This document shows positions 10,773 through 23,167 of a stretch of 64,000 nt of DNA, in pieces. Under the pieces are notes generated by a model. That model was not told the origin of the DNA, did no database searches, and saw only the letters and a list, made by a program, of their open reading frames with translations. Location: positions 868,001 through 932,000 of the forward strand of contig AP026132.1 in NCBI GenBank assembly GCA_030295235.1. The letters are read 5' to 3'. Source of the stretch: Fistulifera solaris (lineage: Eukaryota). The first letter of the stretch is position 1. Every line of letters starts with the position of its first letter. The translations under genes were made by a program, and so were the position numbers.

Positions 10773-13700
10773 TTATCTCAGAACAACCCGCGTAAAGGCA
10801 TCGCCGCCGTCTTCCGCGCTAGCTGGTGCCCATTCTTTCACCACATTCGATGTTTTCAGCCAGTTTCGGACCTTATTCCGCAAGATCCCACCTGTTCCGT
10901 ATCCATGCAGTATGTAAACGACAGAACGGTTTGACATGAGACACGAACTAAAAGCAGATTCTGCTTTGGATTTCGCTTGCTCTAGAGTACAACCGCGGAC
11001 ATCGATTGTATTCGATTGTGTCCGTATCGCCACCGTTGACCGCACTGGCTCTGGCGTTGTCTGTGTCTTCGTTTTAGAGTTTCCACCACTACTTGTTGAT
11101 TCAATATCTAGAGCTCTCTCGGCCGCTTTCGAAATCGAACTCTGACTTCCTTTCTGTGGCCCTCGAGACTTGTTGTATTTGGCAATGATTGTAGTTGTGG
11201 AGGAGGGCGGCAAAGCAACTTCCGCTAGCTTGAAGCTTACGTTCATTCCATTCACACTGACTTCTACACGACCACTTAACGACTTGATGAAAGATGCTTC
11301 CCTCCCAAACATGGCGCCTTTTTTGCAGACAATAAGCTTGTCACCAGGTACGAGATTTGGTTTGTCCCGCATCTCAATGAGAGGAACAAGATCAGCACTA
11401 GCCTCGTTCATCTCCTTAATCTCCGCCTCCTTCCGAGCGATTACACTCGGGACATTTTCTGCTTCGTTCAGAGCGTCTCGCTTAACGAATTTGATGTCTT
11501 GCCAGCTTTTAGCAACGACTTTTCCAGAGGGATCAGATTTTAGTTTACGAAGGATTTCCTCCAAAACCTGCTCTTTTTCTTCCAACTTTTTAGTGAAAGC
11601 TTTCGCTTCCTCTCTTCGTACATTCAGCATCTTCTTCTCTAGACGCAAATTTTCTTCTTTCAACTTAAACTGTATCTGTTCAATTTCCCTTTTCTTTTCC
11701 TCAAGTTCTGCTGCTTGTTCCTCTAGAGTGGCCTTTTGATCTTCTAGTTCCCTAATCAAGTCCCCCATTTGGCGTGTTTCTGAATCCAACAATTCATTCG
11801 CTCGCTCTAGGACCGACAAAGGCAACCCCACTCGTTCTGCTACTGACAAAGCAAACGACTCACCCACTGTTCCAGGTAGTAACTTGTAGGTGGGTCGTCC
11901 ACGAACGAACTGCATACCAGCGACTGCAAATCGCTCATCTGCTACCGCCAATTGTTTCAATTGCGTGTAATGCGTCGTAATAGCAACCCGAGAACCAGTC
12001 TCAAGCAACGCCTCAAGCAGCGCTTGAGCGATTGCCACACCCTGAGCGGGGTCTGTACCACTTCCAACTTCATCCATCAAAACCAAAGCATTCTTACCGG
12101 CTTGGTCTAAAACTGCCTTGCACACCAACATATGACCACTAAATGTTGACAAATCACCACCCACAGACTGAAGGTCACCAATATCAGCTAATATGGGATC
12201 AAAAAAGTCAACCCGCGGATTGTCATCTTTGCAGGGGATCGGAATTCCACTTCGAGCCATCAAAGCCGCGAGACCAAGCATTTTTAGAATAATGGTCTTC
12301 CCACCCGAGTTGGGACCTGTCAAGACTAGTCCTTGGTGTCTATCACCTAAATCAATATCACTGCCCACAATATCGTTCACTGCATTAGTCATGTCCTCCT
12401 GAGCACCGCCACTTCTAGAGCGAATCGACAATTTGGTTTTCTTTCGTTTCCGCATAGCTTTTAATAACAGCACAGGATGCTTGGCATTTCTCAAAGAAAT
12501 CACGCCCTTGTCCTCGACGGCAGGTATCGCTCCCTGCCATGATTCACCGAGCCGAAGGCGGGCCATAACCAAGTCTAATTGAGCCATCGCTTGAATCGAC
12601 GATTCGAGACCTTCTCGATTCAATTGTACTTGCGCGGTAAGAGAGCGCCAAATACGAGCCTCCTCAGCTCGTAACTCGCTTTCAACTTGCTTGAGTTCGT
12701 TGGTCGGCCCCACAATTTCCGTGGGTTCGACATACGACGTTTGTCCGGATCGACTCGAATCATGCACAATACCAATTTGGTTAGCCGAGGATGTTTCCAC
12801 CGGAATAACCAATCGCCCTCCACTGACTTGCGAATAGAGTGGTCCACCGCTTTGCAACGACAGCTTTGTCTTGATGGAAGGTGTTTCTAATAACGTTTCG
12901 AGTCGCGACAAAATGTCGGATTTCAGTGCTCTCAATCGGGCTCGCAACCGTCCTACTACAGGAAATGTCGTCCCGGACAGGCGACCTTTGTCGTCCAGTG
13001 CATTTTGAAGCAATTCATGAAAAGTAGTGTTCAAAGTAATATTGGATGCCATCCGATTCAAATATTCCAGTTCGGGGTGTTGTTCTTTCAACTCTTGGTT
13101 CCATAACATAAAGTCTTCCACAACATTCAAAACAGAAAGTATGTCATATAAATCGGGGCCTTCCAATAATCGGGTTGTATCTTCCAATAAAGGCGCCAAA
13201 TTCAACGCATGGCCCGCCAATGGAAATACCGAGAGAGGTGCTTGCTTCCCGTTACGATTTCGAAACGTTTTACTGCTCGTAAGCAATCTTCGCAATTCAT
13301 GTACCGCTCGGTATCGTTCTTGACAGCCTTCTACCGTAGTCGCCATGAGTGAGTTGCTGCTATCATAATGTCTTTCGTCCGCTTTTGATTTTTTCTGTTG
13401 CGGTGTGTCCACTTTGATAGCGTGTTGTACTATTTTACGAGCGGGCACAGTGAGACATTCGTCTTGCAAGGCTTGCAAAATCGGTTCAAAGTCCAATGTA
13501 TCCCAACTACGTTGATAGAGATCTAATTCCTTGTCTTCATCGTCCATGGTGATATCCGGAGGAGCGCGATTTTCTTTCTTTTCGAGATTTGCCGACCACC
13601 ATGCTTCATCCTTCCAACGATCGATGGATGATGTTTCGTCTTGTAAGGTTTGAGGAACACCGAAATCAGGGTCATTATTCGGATCCCAGTCCACTGGACG

Positions 13701-13901
13701 TCGTAACAGTGAATATCCTTTTTCACCGGCTCGTACAGCAGTATCGTCTTGTTGTGTTGGTGATGTGCTGAAATGAATTGTCGAGACATGTTGTGTGCGT
13801 CGGCGGCATAGTTGTCGTTGCCCACTCCAGGCACTTGTCAGGCCGCCTGCGGCTAATAAAGCGGCAGCATGTACCCAAATTGTTAGCGTCCTTGATAACA
13901 T
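10773..13901 (-). CDS. mutS2: MutS2 family ATPase with C-terminal Smr domain, probably plastid-targeted
   Basis: TGPNSGGKT, IGDLQSVGGDLSTFSGH, DEVGSGTDP and TTHY motifs, coiled coil, Smr (IDVRG...LHGYGTGG...GGDAFT); signal ending TSA-W. Confidence 0.93.
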   Translation of the reverse strand: MLSRTLTIWVHAAALLAAGGLTSAWSGQRQLCRRRTQHVSTIHFSTSPTQQDDTAVRAGEKGYSLLRRPVDWDPNNDPDFGVPQTLQDETSSIDRWKDEAWWSANLEKKENRAPPDITMDDEDKELDLYQRSWDTLDFEPILQALQDECLTVPARKIVQHAIKVDTPQQKKSKADERHYDSSNSLMATTVEGCQERYRAVHELRRLLTSSKTFRNRNGKQAPLSVFPLAGHALNLAPLLEDTTRLLEGPDLYDILSVLNVVEDFMLWNQELKEQHPELEYLNRMASNITLNTTFHELLQNALDDKGRLSGTTFPVVGRLRARLRALKSDILSRLETLLETPSIKTKLSLQSGGPLYSQVSGGRLVIPVETSSANQIGIVHDSSRSGQTSYVEPTEIVGPTNELKQVESELRAEEARIWRSLTAQVQLNREGLESSIQAMAQLDLVMARLRLGESWQGAIPAVEDKGVISLRNAKHPVLLLKAMRKRKKTKLSIRSRSGGAQEDMTNAVNDIVGSDIDLGDRHQGLVLTGPNSGGKTIILKMLGLAALMARSGIPIPCKDDNPRVDFFDPILADIGDLQSVGGDLSTFSGHMLVCKAVLDQAGKNALVLMDEVGSGTDPAQGVAIAQALLEALLETGSRVAITTHYTQLKQLAVADERFAVAGMQFVRGRPTYKLLPGTVGESFALSVAERVGLPLSVLERANELLDSETRQMGDLIRELEDQKATLEEQAAELEEKKREIEQIQFKLKEENLRLEKKMLNVRREEAKAFTKKLEEKEQVLEEILRKLKSDPSGKVVAKSWQDIKFVKRDALNEAENVPSVIARKEAEIKEMNEASADLVPLIEMRDKPNLVPGDKLIVCKKGAMFGREASFIKSLSGRVEVSVNGMNVSFKLAEVALPPSSTTTIIAKYNKSRGPQKGSQSSISKAAERALDIESTSSGGNSKTKTQTTPEPVRSTVAIRTQSNTIDVRGCTLEQAKSKAESAFSSCLMSNRSVVYILHGYGTGGILRNKVRNWLKTSNVVKEWAPASAEDGGDAFTRVVLR

Positions 13902-14806
13902 TTGTAAAAATAGTGTGCAAGAACATTAGGTGATTAATTGCTGGGATGCAACGAAACAGAATTAGTGTGACGAAGCGGACGAAAAGAAAAAGTGACGAAA
14001 AGTCGCGATCGAGTCAGACAGAGACAACCCGGATGTTGGGTAGTTCGACGGCATCCAGTTGCAATGTCATGAACTATGATCCAAGCTATGATCCAATGTG
14101 GATAAAAGTTTGATAAGCGATGCACACATTCTCATTATTTGAAGTCCAAACGTAGAAGATAGCGACGATACAAGGCTCCGAATGTCTACATGATACTCAC
14201 GTAGGCCCCGTAGGAATTTTATCGATGCAGGTAGCACCTGGACCCTGGACCTCATCGATTTCGAACTCATCAATGCTCGGGCCCACCAGCAATGGATTTC
14301 ATCGTAACCTTGCTCCATAGCTCCATAGAGACCAATAGCAAGTATCGACATTAAATGGAACACCACACATGAAAAGACATATGATTCAATGTTACAAATG
14401 TACGGAATGTATAGGCAACATAGCTAGCGAGATCATAATGCCAGCAACAGCATCATCAATTGCAACAGTGTTTGCACCCATAGTTGAAAAGTTTCTTCAT
14501 GAAATGTCACAAATATAGAATTATTGCAGCGGTTACTCAAGGGGTAACTGTTACCGGAGTAATACTGCTCCGTATTGTGTTCTGCCAAGACTGAAGGAAA
14601 TGAGTCGCGGAAAAGGTAAGATACTCTTGTCACGATAGTAAAGGTGGACTATAGAATCAAAGTGTTTTCCGTTTTGTCCACGACTAGGTTTTAGGTCTTG
14701 AGTCATGAATTATTATCAGCAATATTTTTTTGAAGCCGCGCGCCTTACCAGGTATTTTCACTATTTCGCTTTTAGAATAGGTTGTTGATGCCCTTTCTTG
14801 TTTTAA

Positions 14807-15555
14807 TTACCGTCGCATTGGACGCTGCAAATATGGTTGTAAGAGGAGACTCGCCGCTCGCTTAATCATTCCTGTCACTCGATTCGACAACTCACTTGTC
14901 GCCTCTATTTCGCGCGTCGAGACAACGCGGTCAATTTGCGCTGACAAATGATCCAAGTCATAAATCAACAGCGATAAACTTGTTCGCAGATTACTACCCC
15001 ATACATTTTGTTCCCACGCTTGACGCAGATCTTTGGCGCGTTCCGCGTTCAAGGAACGCCTATTTGTATATTTGAGACCTTCTTCGATAATGTGCAGAGA
15101 TTTCTCTTTTCGGCGTCCCTGACAGAAATCGCTTGCAAGATCTTTAATCGTTCTCGTACGTGACGCGGATGCGAATTTCCATCCCGTAAATAGTTGAAGA
15201 CACCTTTGATTCCGTGATTGCGTGCGACAAGGTACATCCAAAGCATCAGAGACGTCGTGGTTGCGGCCGTGAGCGTCATTACCCAAGAGCTGGTCGATGA
15301 CTGATATACCGGTAGTATGACTTCACGTCGCGGCGTGTGAGGAGACGTCAGCATTCTGTTTGGACTTTTACTGCTGTAAACACAATTGTCGGATTCAGTC
15401 GACAGCGATCCGATTCGTTTTTCGAAGCAATGACTTCGCTGATCAAGCTTTTTAATCTCGCAATCTTGATACAGTTTTGCTGTTTTCCGTGTCAAAAGAG
15501 GACGGTGGCAAGGAGACGTGCTACGGCGAGGAGACGAAATTTGTGTCGGATCCAT
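14807..15555 (-). CDS. Unknown-family protein, copy 1 of tandem trio (indel ~15120)
   Basis: TM segment, GIKGVFNYLRDGNSH and C-terminal DLDHLSAQIDRV..ELSNRV; homologous to the two neighbours. Confidence 0.6.
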
Positions 15556-15765
15556 AATTCTTCGTCACGCCCTTGCTTCGCGCTGCTTCGTACGTTTTCT
15601 TGGTCAGAAGAAGGTGCTTCGCGCTATTTATAAGTTTAACGAAGAGTGAAAGCGATCTGACATAGAGAACGGGAGCAATATCTTGGGGCAAAAATAGGAT
15701 GCAGTCTGATTAGAAATGATCGAAAATTTTCTATGATACTTCAACTCTAAGAGAAAGCTTTCTTT

Positions 15766-16397
15766 CTACTGATCTCGATCGGCACAGCAAGCATGCTTGT
15801 AAACAGAAATCAAGACATCGGCTCGCTCCATCAATTTGACCACTCGGTTAGACAATTCTTTCTTCAAAACTTTGGTTTCGACCGCCGACATCACCTGATC
15901 AATTTGAGCTGCCAACCGATCCAAGTCATGACTGAGCAACCCCAAGTTCTTTTCTTTTGCAGATCACCGACAGGGACATATTGTTCCCAAACACTTCGTG
16001 AAATGCGTCGATGGGCGCCTTGAATAGAATGAATGCTGGCCTGTTGGAGTCCCTCTTCCAAATTACGCAGCGACTTCTCCTTCTTGTCCAAATCGGTAGC
16101 AATCAATTGTAAAATCTGCTGGCGTTCTTGTATCGGGGCTCGATGAGGATCTTCTTCTCGGATATAACGGCTCAAAACACCTCTCCATCCGTAGTCGCGC
16201 ACCGCGGGAAACCACCAACGCTTGTACGTGGTTAGAACTGCTGTCGCAGTCACGGCAGAGAGTGCAGTCACCCAAGAGAACGGCGTCAATTCAAACAAAG
16301 AAGAGTGATGATTTGTCCCATGTCCGGCAATCAGCAAGCTGCGAGGAAAAGTTGGAGGGAGCATTGCGGTTTTGATGCTGCGCTTTGACAATGACAT
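15766..16397 (-). CDS. Unknown-family protein, copy 2 of tandem trio (indel ~15950)
   Basis: YGWRGVLSRYIREEDPH, LDKKEKSL, then in the shifted frame HDLDRLAAQIDQV..KKELSNRV..RADVLISVYK. Confidence 0.65.
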
Positions 16398-16839
16398 AAA
16401 GCAACGCGAATAGATCGTATTCGTGATCAACAAGGAACCCCTTTTAAAACCCCCCTTGCTTGCAACACCCGTTTCAAATATTTGTCAAGGCGCTCTGAAA
16501 ATGGGTCTTTTACACCAATGCTACGAAATGGATCATGAGCCGAAAAACATTTGAGCGTGGAGAACGAGCAACTGATTGCATTTTTCGTTTTTGTCGCGTC
16601 CTCGTCCACGTCCACGTTGATTATTAGGGGCGCAATTTACTTTCATTTACGACGTACAAAAAAATTTTGGAGGGAAGTTTCGGTGCGGAAGTACCTGGTA
16701 CAGTACAAGCAGTACCAACAGGCTAAGGTCCACCCGCGAAGATCAGAAAAAAAAAGACCGACGAGCCTTTTACTTGACGGAGGCCTACGACTAAAAGCTT
16801 GAAACTTCATTTGTTATCAAATTATACACGGGCGACAAA

Positions 16840-17391
16840 TCAAACGGATTTGTAAGCGGAGATTAGCGCGTCAGCTCGTCCCTTCATTTTCGCCACGCGA
16901 CCTAATAATTCTTTCTTGGTTGCTGTGATTCCGACAGCCGGGACCACTTGATTGACTTGAATAGCTAGCCGATTCAAGTCATGCTTCAAACCGGCCAACG
17001 CCTTTTGCAAATCAGCATGGGTCGGGATGCTTCGATTGTAGAGCTTGCGTGAAATGTGCAAGACTGCCCCACTCAAGATGTAAAGGCTTGGTCGTGTGAT
17101 TATGTCTTCGATTTTGATGAGTGCCTTCTCTTTCTCGTCTAAATGGGCGGCAATGGATCGCAAGATCTTCATGCTGTTCCGGACTTGAGGTGAATGCGGA
17201 TCGCCTGCCCGAAGATAGTGCCAGACTCCCTTCCATCCGTATTTTCGAACAATGGGGTAGATCCAAATCACGTATGTTGATAACATGGCAGTTGCGGTCG
17301 CGGCAGAAAGTGAGTTTTTCCAGGAGCTTTGAGACTTGCCGCGATGATGTTGACGCACGGAAAATAGATTCATGTAATGAGGTGTCAACAT
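16840..17391 (-). CDS. Unknown-family protein, copy 3 of tandem trio
   Basis: YGWKGVWHYLRAGDPH, LDEKEKAL, HDLNRLAIQVNQV..KKELLGRV..RADALISAYK. Confidence 0.7.
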   Translation of the reverse strand: MLTPHYMNLFSVRQHHRGKSQSSWKNSLSAATATAMLSTYVIWIYPIVRKYGWKGVWHYLRAGDPHSPQVRNSMKILRSIAAHLDEKEKALIKIEDIITRPSLYILSGAVLHISRKLYNRSIPTHADLQKALAGLKHDLNRLAIQVNQVVPAVGITATKKELLGRVAKMKGRADALISAYKSV

Positions 17392-18382
17392 TTTGTTGTT
17401 GTTGTTGTCGTCGTTTGTTCAGTCTGAAAGTCTCGAACTTCGCCGCCTGTTTCAAGAACACAAGAGAATGATATGAGCCTATTTATCGGGATGACGCAAA
17501 CAAATCAATAACTTTCCGGAGGAGATATGTCTCATTTATTGACAAGGCGAATATTGTGCTTGACGGCGTGGAATAACATGCGGTTTCTCGCAAGCTCTGA
17601 AAAGAAGGGCAGGGGCTTTGAGGTGAAATTCGTACGAGGAAAGCGAGGCGCTTTTCTGTTTGGCAGAAAGTGCAACTTCGACTTTTCGGCAATCGCATTT
17701 AAAAACTCTAAGGGACAATATGGTTAACCAATCTAGAGCAGATAATAATGAACTTCGAATCATAAGTTAAAGCAGTGCAACTTAAACTTAGCTACTAGCG
17801 AACCGCGTTTAATGAATCAACGTAATCTACACCATACCATGGCATTCAAAAGACAATCTCTCTAGTGATCCTAGTTGCTGACGTATAAACTTCACTCCTA
17901 GTCCGTACATTAGCTAGAGGTGATATCTAAAAACACTTCCGCCACCATGACCGACGCTCAGTGCGTTTCGTCAAAGAGCACAGAAATAAGAGTTATTTTG
18001 AGATGGTCCACGAGAAAGTCTTCGCCTAGAAAGGGATACGCGGATTCGTGACTGAAATACAGACGTGTTACCATACAACTAACTTTGGATTCATCAACAC
18101 ATTGCGGGGCGTGCATTGCAAGTCTTGCTTCTAGAACTCAAACACATATAATCCTTGAATCTTGATAGCTAATCATTGCTGTCAATTTACCTCAATAGAA
18201 CAAAACAGCATCAGTCTTTGCACATTTCTATGCCTGACGCCTGACGCCTGACGCCGTAAGGACCTCCATTGCGGACGCGGACGATAAACAGACGCGGCAG
18301 AGGAAAGCAACGATGAAAGATATGAAAGATGCAAAAGCCTTATCTTTTTTTATTGTAACCATCGTTGACGTTGAATAAAACA

Positions 18383-20013
18383 ATGTTGGAATCCTTAACA
18401 ATCTTCTCGCCGGGAGGACTAATTTACTATCAATACCGAGCCAACCCTTCTTTACTTTCGGCAGGCGATGGCCCCACAACTGACACGAACGAAGCCTTGA
18501 ACGAATGTATCATTCGACCAATTATGTGCGATCCGGCCATCAACTCTACCAAGTTCTATCACATTGCGGGGCGTTTGACTTTCTGCTGGGTCGCATCCGA
18601 TGAGTTTTACACGGTAGCATGCTATCCCGATATTTTATTCGAGGGGCCGCGGCAATATTTGAAGGAGTGGTCGACCAAACTAGTCGAAGCGGCCGCGCGT
18701 GAGTACACACTCTATCACGAGGCTTCCGCAAATAAAATTCCGCGTCCGGACCCACAGCCATTCGATGCGACCTTTCAGTTATTGCTGCAACAGAGCAAGA
18801 GCGTTGGGGCCGGAGGCAGCGCAAGCGCGAACGAGACGACAGGAACTCAAAGAAGACGAATCCTGCCACTTCAGGAAAGGTCAAACGAAATTGGCATGAC
18901 GGAAACGCTAAAATAACACAAAAAGCCATGGAAGAACTTGACTTTTCAGGAACCGACGGTGCGAACGAGAACCCAGAAGTGCGGATGGAACTAGCGTTGA
19001 AAGAAGCCCGGCAGGCTTATCTTCCAAGTCAAGAGGAGTTGCAACAGCAAAAGGAAACCGAAATTACCCAAGCAGATCCATCTTCATGGTCATCTTCTAT
19101 CTCAGGATTATTTCAACAAATCGCGGGCACCAAGGTATTGACAGACGCGGATTTAGAGAAACCTCTGGCGGCGCTACAAGAAATGCTGACGAGTCAAAAT
19201 GTGGCAGCCGAGATTGCGCAACAACTTGTGGAGGCCTGCCGTGCCAAGTTGGTCGGAAAGAAATTGTCATCATTGTATCGCGTTCAAACGGCCGTGCAGC
19301 AGGCGTTAGAGGCGGTCGTGACACGTTTCTTGCAACAGCGTCAGGTGGACTTGCTTCGACTCGTCACCAAGAGCGGCGGAAGTGGCGTCTTTGGCAACAA
19401 ACAACGACGACCCTTCGTTATCGTGGTTTGCGGTATCAATGGTATCGGGAAGACGACTACGGTTGCCAAACTGGCTTATTACTTTCAGCAGCATGGTTGT
19501 AATCCGCTTTTGGCCGCTGCCGACACCTTCCGAAGCGGGGCGGTTGAACAGTTGAGAGTCCATGCAGAATGTTTGCAAGTCCCCATTTTTGCCCAAGGTT
19601 ATGCCAAAGACCCATCCGCCGTTGCGGCAGCGGCAATCCAGCAGGCCACCACGAATGGGAACCGTGTGGTGCTCGTCGATACGGCCGGTCGTATGCAAAA
19701 CAATGTTTCGTTGATGAAAGCCATGACAAAGTTAATTCAGGAGAATCAACCTGATTTCCGCATGCTCGTGTGCGAAGCCCTTGTTGGACACGATGGCTTG
19801 GATCAGTTCCAGCTATTTCAAAAGGCAGTTGGTAAAATCGATGGACTAATTTTGACCAAGATGGATACGGTGGGCAGTAAAGTTGGCGCCGCCCTGACAT
19901 TAACGCATCAAACGGGGACACCGATTGTCTTTTGCGGAACCGGACAAAAATATCATCATTTACAGGAATTTTCGGTACCACAAATTGTACAAAGTCTTCT
20001 CTCTACGTCCTAA
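18383..20013 (+). CDS. SRPRA: Signal recognition particle receptor alpha subunit (indel ~18850)
   Basis: N-terminal SRX/longin-like region (IFSPGGLI) plus SRP GTPase motifs GINGIGKTTT, DTFRSGAVEQL, DTAGR, TKMD and GTGQ. Confidence 0.92.
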
Positions 20014-20446
20014 TAATTGAAAGAGTTGGTTTCCGCAATTGTGGCCTAACAATCATTTAAATTGTTTCAAATACATCGCTAGCAATTACAACGTTATGGT
20101 AGCACGACGAAGGAGAGTCAGTAATTCTCGCCGTGAATCGTAGTTAACGAGGCTAATCGCATTATCTTCTGGTTGGCGATTTAGCACAGCCGGCACAGGA
20201 TAACGTGTTAATTGATGATAAAGCAAGGCGGAGCCAATATGATGCGCCGAAACGATTTACCGGAAGTGTTTGACGATACAGTTTCTTTTACGTGTGCTTA
20301 ACTGCTGTCCTCTACCACCAATAATTGACACTATCTTCCGTACAAACCAGCGCGAAGAGAGAGCTGCCTGGTCAAATGAATTGAACTCGAAAAAAATATC
20401 ATCATCTTCCAACATATCTCGTTGCGAAAACCAGCGAGATGCAAAA

Positions 20447-21475
20447 TTACTGAACTCTTCTCCTACGTTCAAAACACTGCAAGATGGTCTCTTCTCGTAA
20501 AACCAGTTCAGGAAAATCCTGTTGCACAAGTGTTTGATCAAACGAATGTTCATTTAACGTCACTAGAAGGAGATAGTCGATGGATTCCAGGTATGGGACC
20601 AAACCACCCAGCCAACGCGTCAGCGCATGAAATCCCAAAACAAAGAGTCGCACCCACCGGTCTGGGACGGTCAGATAATACCGCATGTTATAAGCTTCTC
20701 GATACGTTTGCAAATAAGTTCCATACGAAACCGGTCTTGAGAAATGGAGCGGTCGACAGTAGAAATAGACGGGCTGCAGTACCTTGTCGTGCGGGGATGA
20801 TAGTATTAAATGCAACAACGTTGCCGCATTCCGTCCACTGTTGCAGTCAATCGGTGTTGCCAGCAATGGACCCAAACGAGCTTGCATCGCTAGAGACTGG
20901 CATTGAATACAACCGGGAGCATCGGTGAAAATAGCACCAAAGCGTAAATGCGTATAGGACTTGGGCGGGTTCGATGAAGTGGCCCAATGGCTGATTCGTT
21001 CTTCGCAGGCCCGTTTGAAGCGGTCATAGGGGTTGGATAATTCTTGTGACGATGAGACTCTATCGTCTTTTTCGGAAAACATTGATTGTCGGGGATGATG
21101 ATCGACCGTGGCAATGGAAGAAATGTGTACGATTTGTCGAATTTGCGATGGCAGCGAGTTCAAGAGCACAGTGAGCCCGTGCAGCATAGCTTGTGCATAT
21201 TTCCAGGCCTGTTGATTCGTTCGGTACGTCACCAACGGTGGACGAATGCTGACAATGACTCGATCGATTTCATCGAATTTAATGTATTTGATGAGTTCTT
21301 GGAGATTATCCGTCAAATCACAGGAAAGAAACGTCACATGGCCCGGCAACCAAGACGGTTTCGTTTTCTCTACACCCACGACAACCCACTCTTCTGTCAA
21401 GCTGAAGGCTTGAAAGTAGGACTGCGCAAAGCCAGAAATTCCTCCAATCCATAAAATGGTTTCTTTCGATTTCAT
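20447..21475 (-). CDS. NAD-dependent epimerase/dehydratase (extended SDR) family protein
   Basis: GGISGFA Rossmann-like start, VHISSIA, YxxxK (YDRFK), LRFGAIF. Confidence 0.75.
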   Translation of the reverse strand: MKSKETILWIGGISGFAQSYFQAFSLTEEWVVVGVEKTKPSWLPGHVTFLSCDLTDNLQELIKYIKFDEIDRVIVSIRPPLVTYRTNQQAWKYAQAMLHGLTVLLNSLPSQIRQIVHISSIATVDHHPRQSMFSEKDDRVSSSQELSNPYDRFKRACEERISHWATSSNPPKSYTHLRFGAIFTDAPGCIQCQSLAMQARLGPLLATPIDCNSGRNAATLLHLILSSPHDKVLQPVYFYCRPLHFSRPVSYGTYLQTYREAYNMRYYLTVPDRWVRLFVLGFHALTRWLGGLVPYLESIDYLLLVTLNEHSFDQTLVQQDFPELVLREETILQCFERRRRVQ

Positions 21476-21883
21476 GCTTGACTTTTCTTCTTATACAGTA
21501 CTTGGTATAGCTTCATCCTTTGCGTCGTCATTACTCCGTATTAATGAAACCGATGCATTTCATTTCCGTTAAACTTGGCCATCTGTCCGTTGAAAATGAT
21601 CGTGGCTATGTATTCGCACCCGTTCGATTTTACTTAGAGCATGTGGGTGCCGTATGATTGTTTGCGGTACCGAAATGGAATAAATAACACGACGACCATG
21701 ACGCGAAGAGCGAAATACGAAAGGTGGCGATAAAAAAGTCATCGCAGCGTCTTTCGAACAAAGAGAAGACCGAACGACCAGACACGATTTATTACAGCGA
21801 ATTCGTTCGAAACGTAAATTAATCTATCTCGTTAACGACATTTGCGTCATTTCAGCTCTTTTCGTCGCCTTTAATTAGAAACG

Positions 21884-22706
21884 ATGAAGATTGTCGGCTT
21901 AGCCATTGTTCGCACAGGCTCGGACCTCAACGAGCCCGTTCCGTTGACAGTCGCGACGGAGCTCAGCAGTTTTGGTTTCTTTCAAAGACAGGTAAGTTAA
22001 TTGAGAGACTGTATTGTAAATACACGCAATGCGTTCATGCTAGGGAAGATACTCTGCGCAGTCTCGTGACGCTGTCATCCTAATTGTTCTCACATCTCCT
22101 TCACGATGTCTACATTATCTTTTTCAATATCCCCTTGCCTTTTTTGCCGTTGAACGACCATTCTATCCCACAAATAAAACAACAATAAACTCTACTTCGC
22201 ATACATAACAGTCAGTCAAAGAGATGCTCATGTTTTTAACCAAGACGTTCATGAAACGCACAGAACCGGGTCAACGTCAATCTGTCGAACACGAGGGCTA
22301 TGTCGTACATTGCTATGTTCGCAGCGATGGCTTGGGAGGTACCGTCACCACCGATGGCGAATATCCGGCACGGGTGGCGTTCGTCATGTTGGGGCAACTA
22401 CTGGATGAATTTGCGCAGAAGCAGGGAGACAGTTGGAAGACCGTGACGACACCCGAGTCGGTCTCGTTCCCTCCGGCGGACGAGTACTTGCAAAAATACC
22501 AAAATCCTGCTGAAGCGGATAAGATTACCAAAATTCAAAAGGATTTAGACGAAACGACACAGATCTTGCACAAAACGATTGATTCGGTTCTAGAACGTGG
22601 AGTGAAACTCGATAATCTAGTCGAAAAGTCGAACGATCTGTCGGCGCAGTCCAAACTCTTTTACAAATCGGCCAAGAAAACGAATAGTTGCTGTGTGGTG
22701 TCGTAA
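21884..22706 (+). CDS. YKT6: R-SNARE Ykt6 (intron 21992-22211)
   Basis: Exon 1 MKIVGL...SSFGFFQR; longin domain; SNARE LERGVKLDNLVEKSNDLS; C-terminal CCVVS prenylation motif. Confidence 0.95.
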
Positions 22707-23167
22707 GAATATCTAGAATACTGTCTGTTCATTTATGTAGTACAATTTATAGAAACTACGAATAGCAAGATATGTTGCGCGTAAAAGAGTTTAAAGTACC
22801 GTTGTAAAACTAGTCGACGCTTCATTCAAAGCAAAGCGAACGCCGCCTAGTTATTTTTAACGTTTTAGAGATAATGAAGTCAAAGTAAAGCACTAAGAAA
22901 CCGACGGGTTTACCTTAGCTTATAGTTCGTTATGAGTGTCGTCTGCACGTCACACGTGTACGTATGGGCATACAGACGATAGTATCGTATTTTTGTAGTC
23001 GAATTTCGCGTTGCCACACAAAATTATTGTTGAAATATGATTATTGCGCCCCATTTTCATTCCTCTGACAAGTAATTGGTTTTATTTCTTCTTATCCCTT
23101 TGAGTCTTTGTACAGAAACACCTCGTCCTTTTGAATCAGTAAAGAATGTACGCAAAAGCATTGTGAA

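Noticed and set aside
11170..13323. Antisense ORFs within mutS2 (and similarly within other long genes)
   Set aside because: Shadow ORFs of the real coding strand.
14067..14633. Short ORFs between mutS2 and the gene trio
   Set aside because: No recognisable motifs, non-ATG starts, and they lie next to a repeat remnant.
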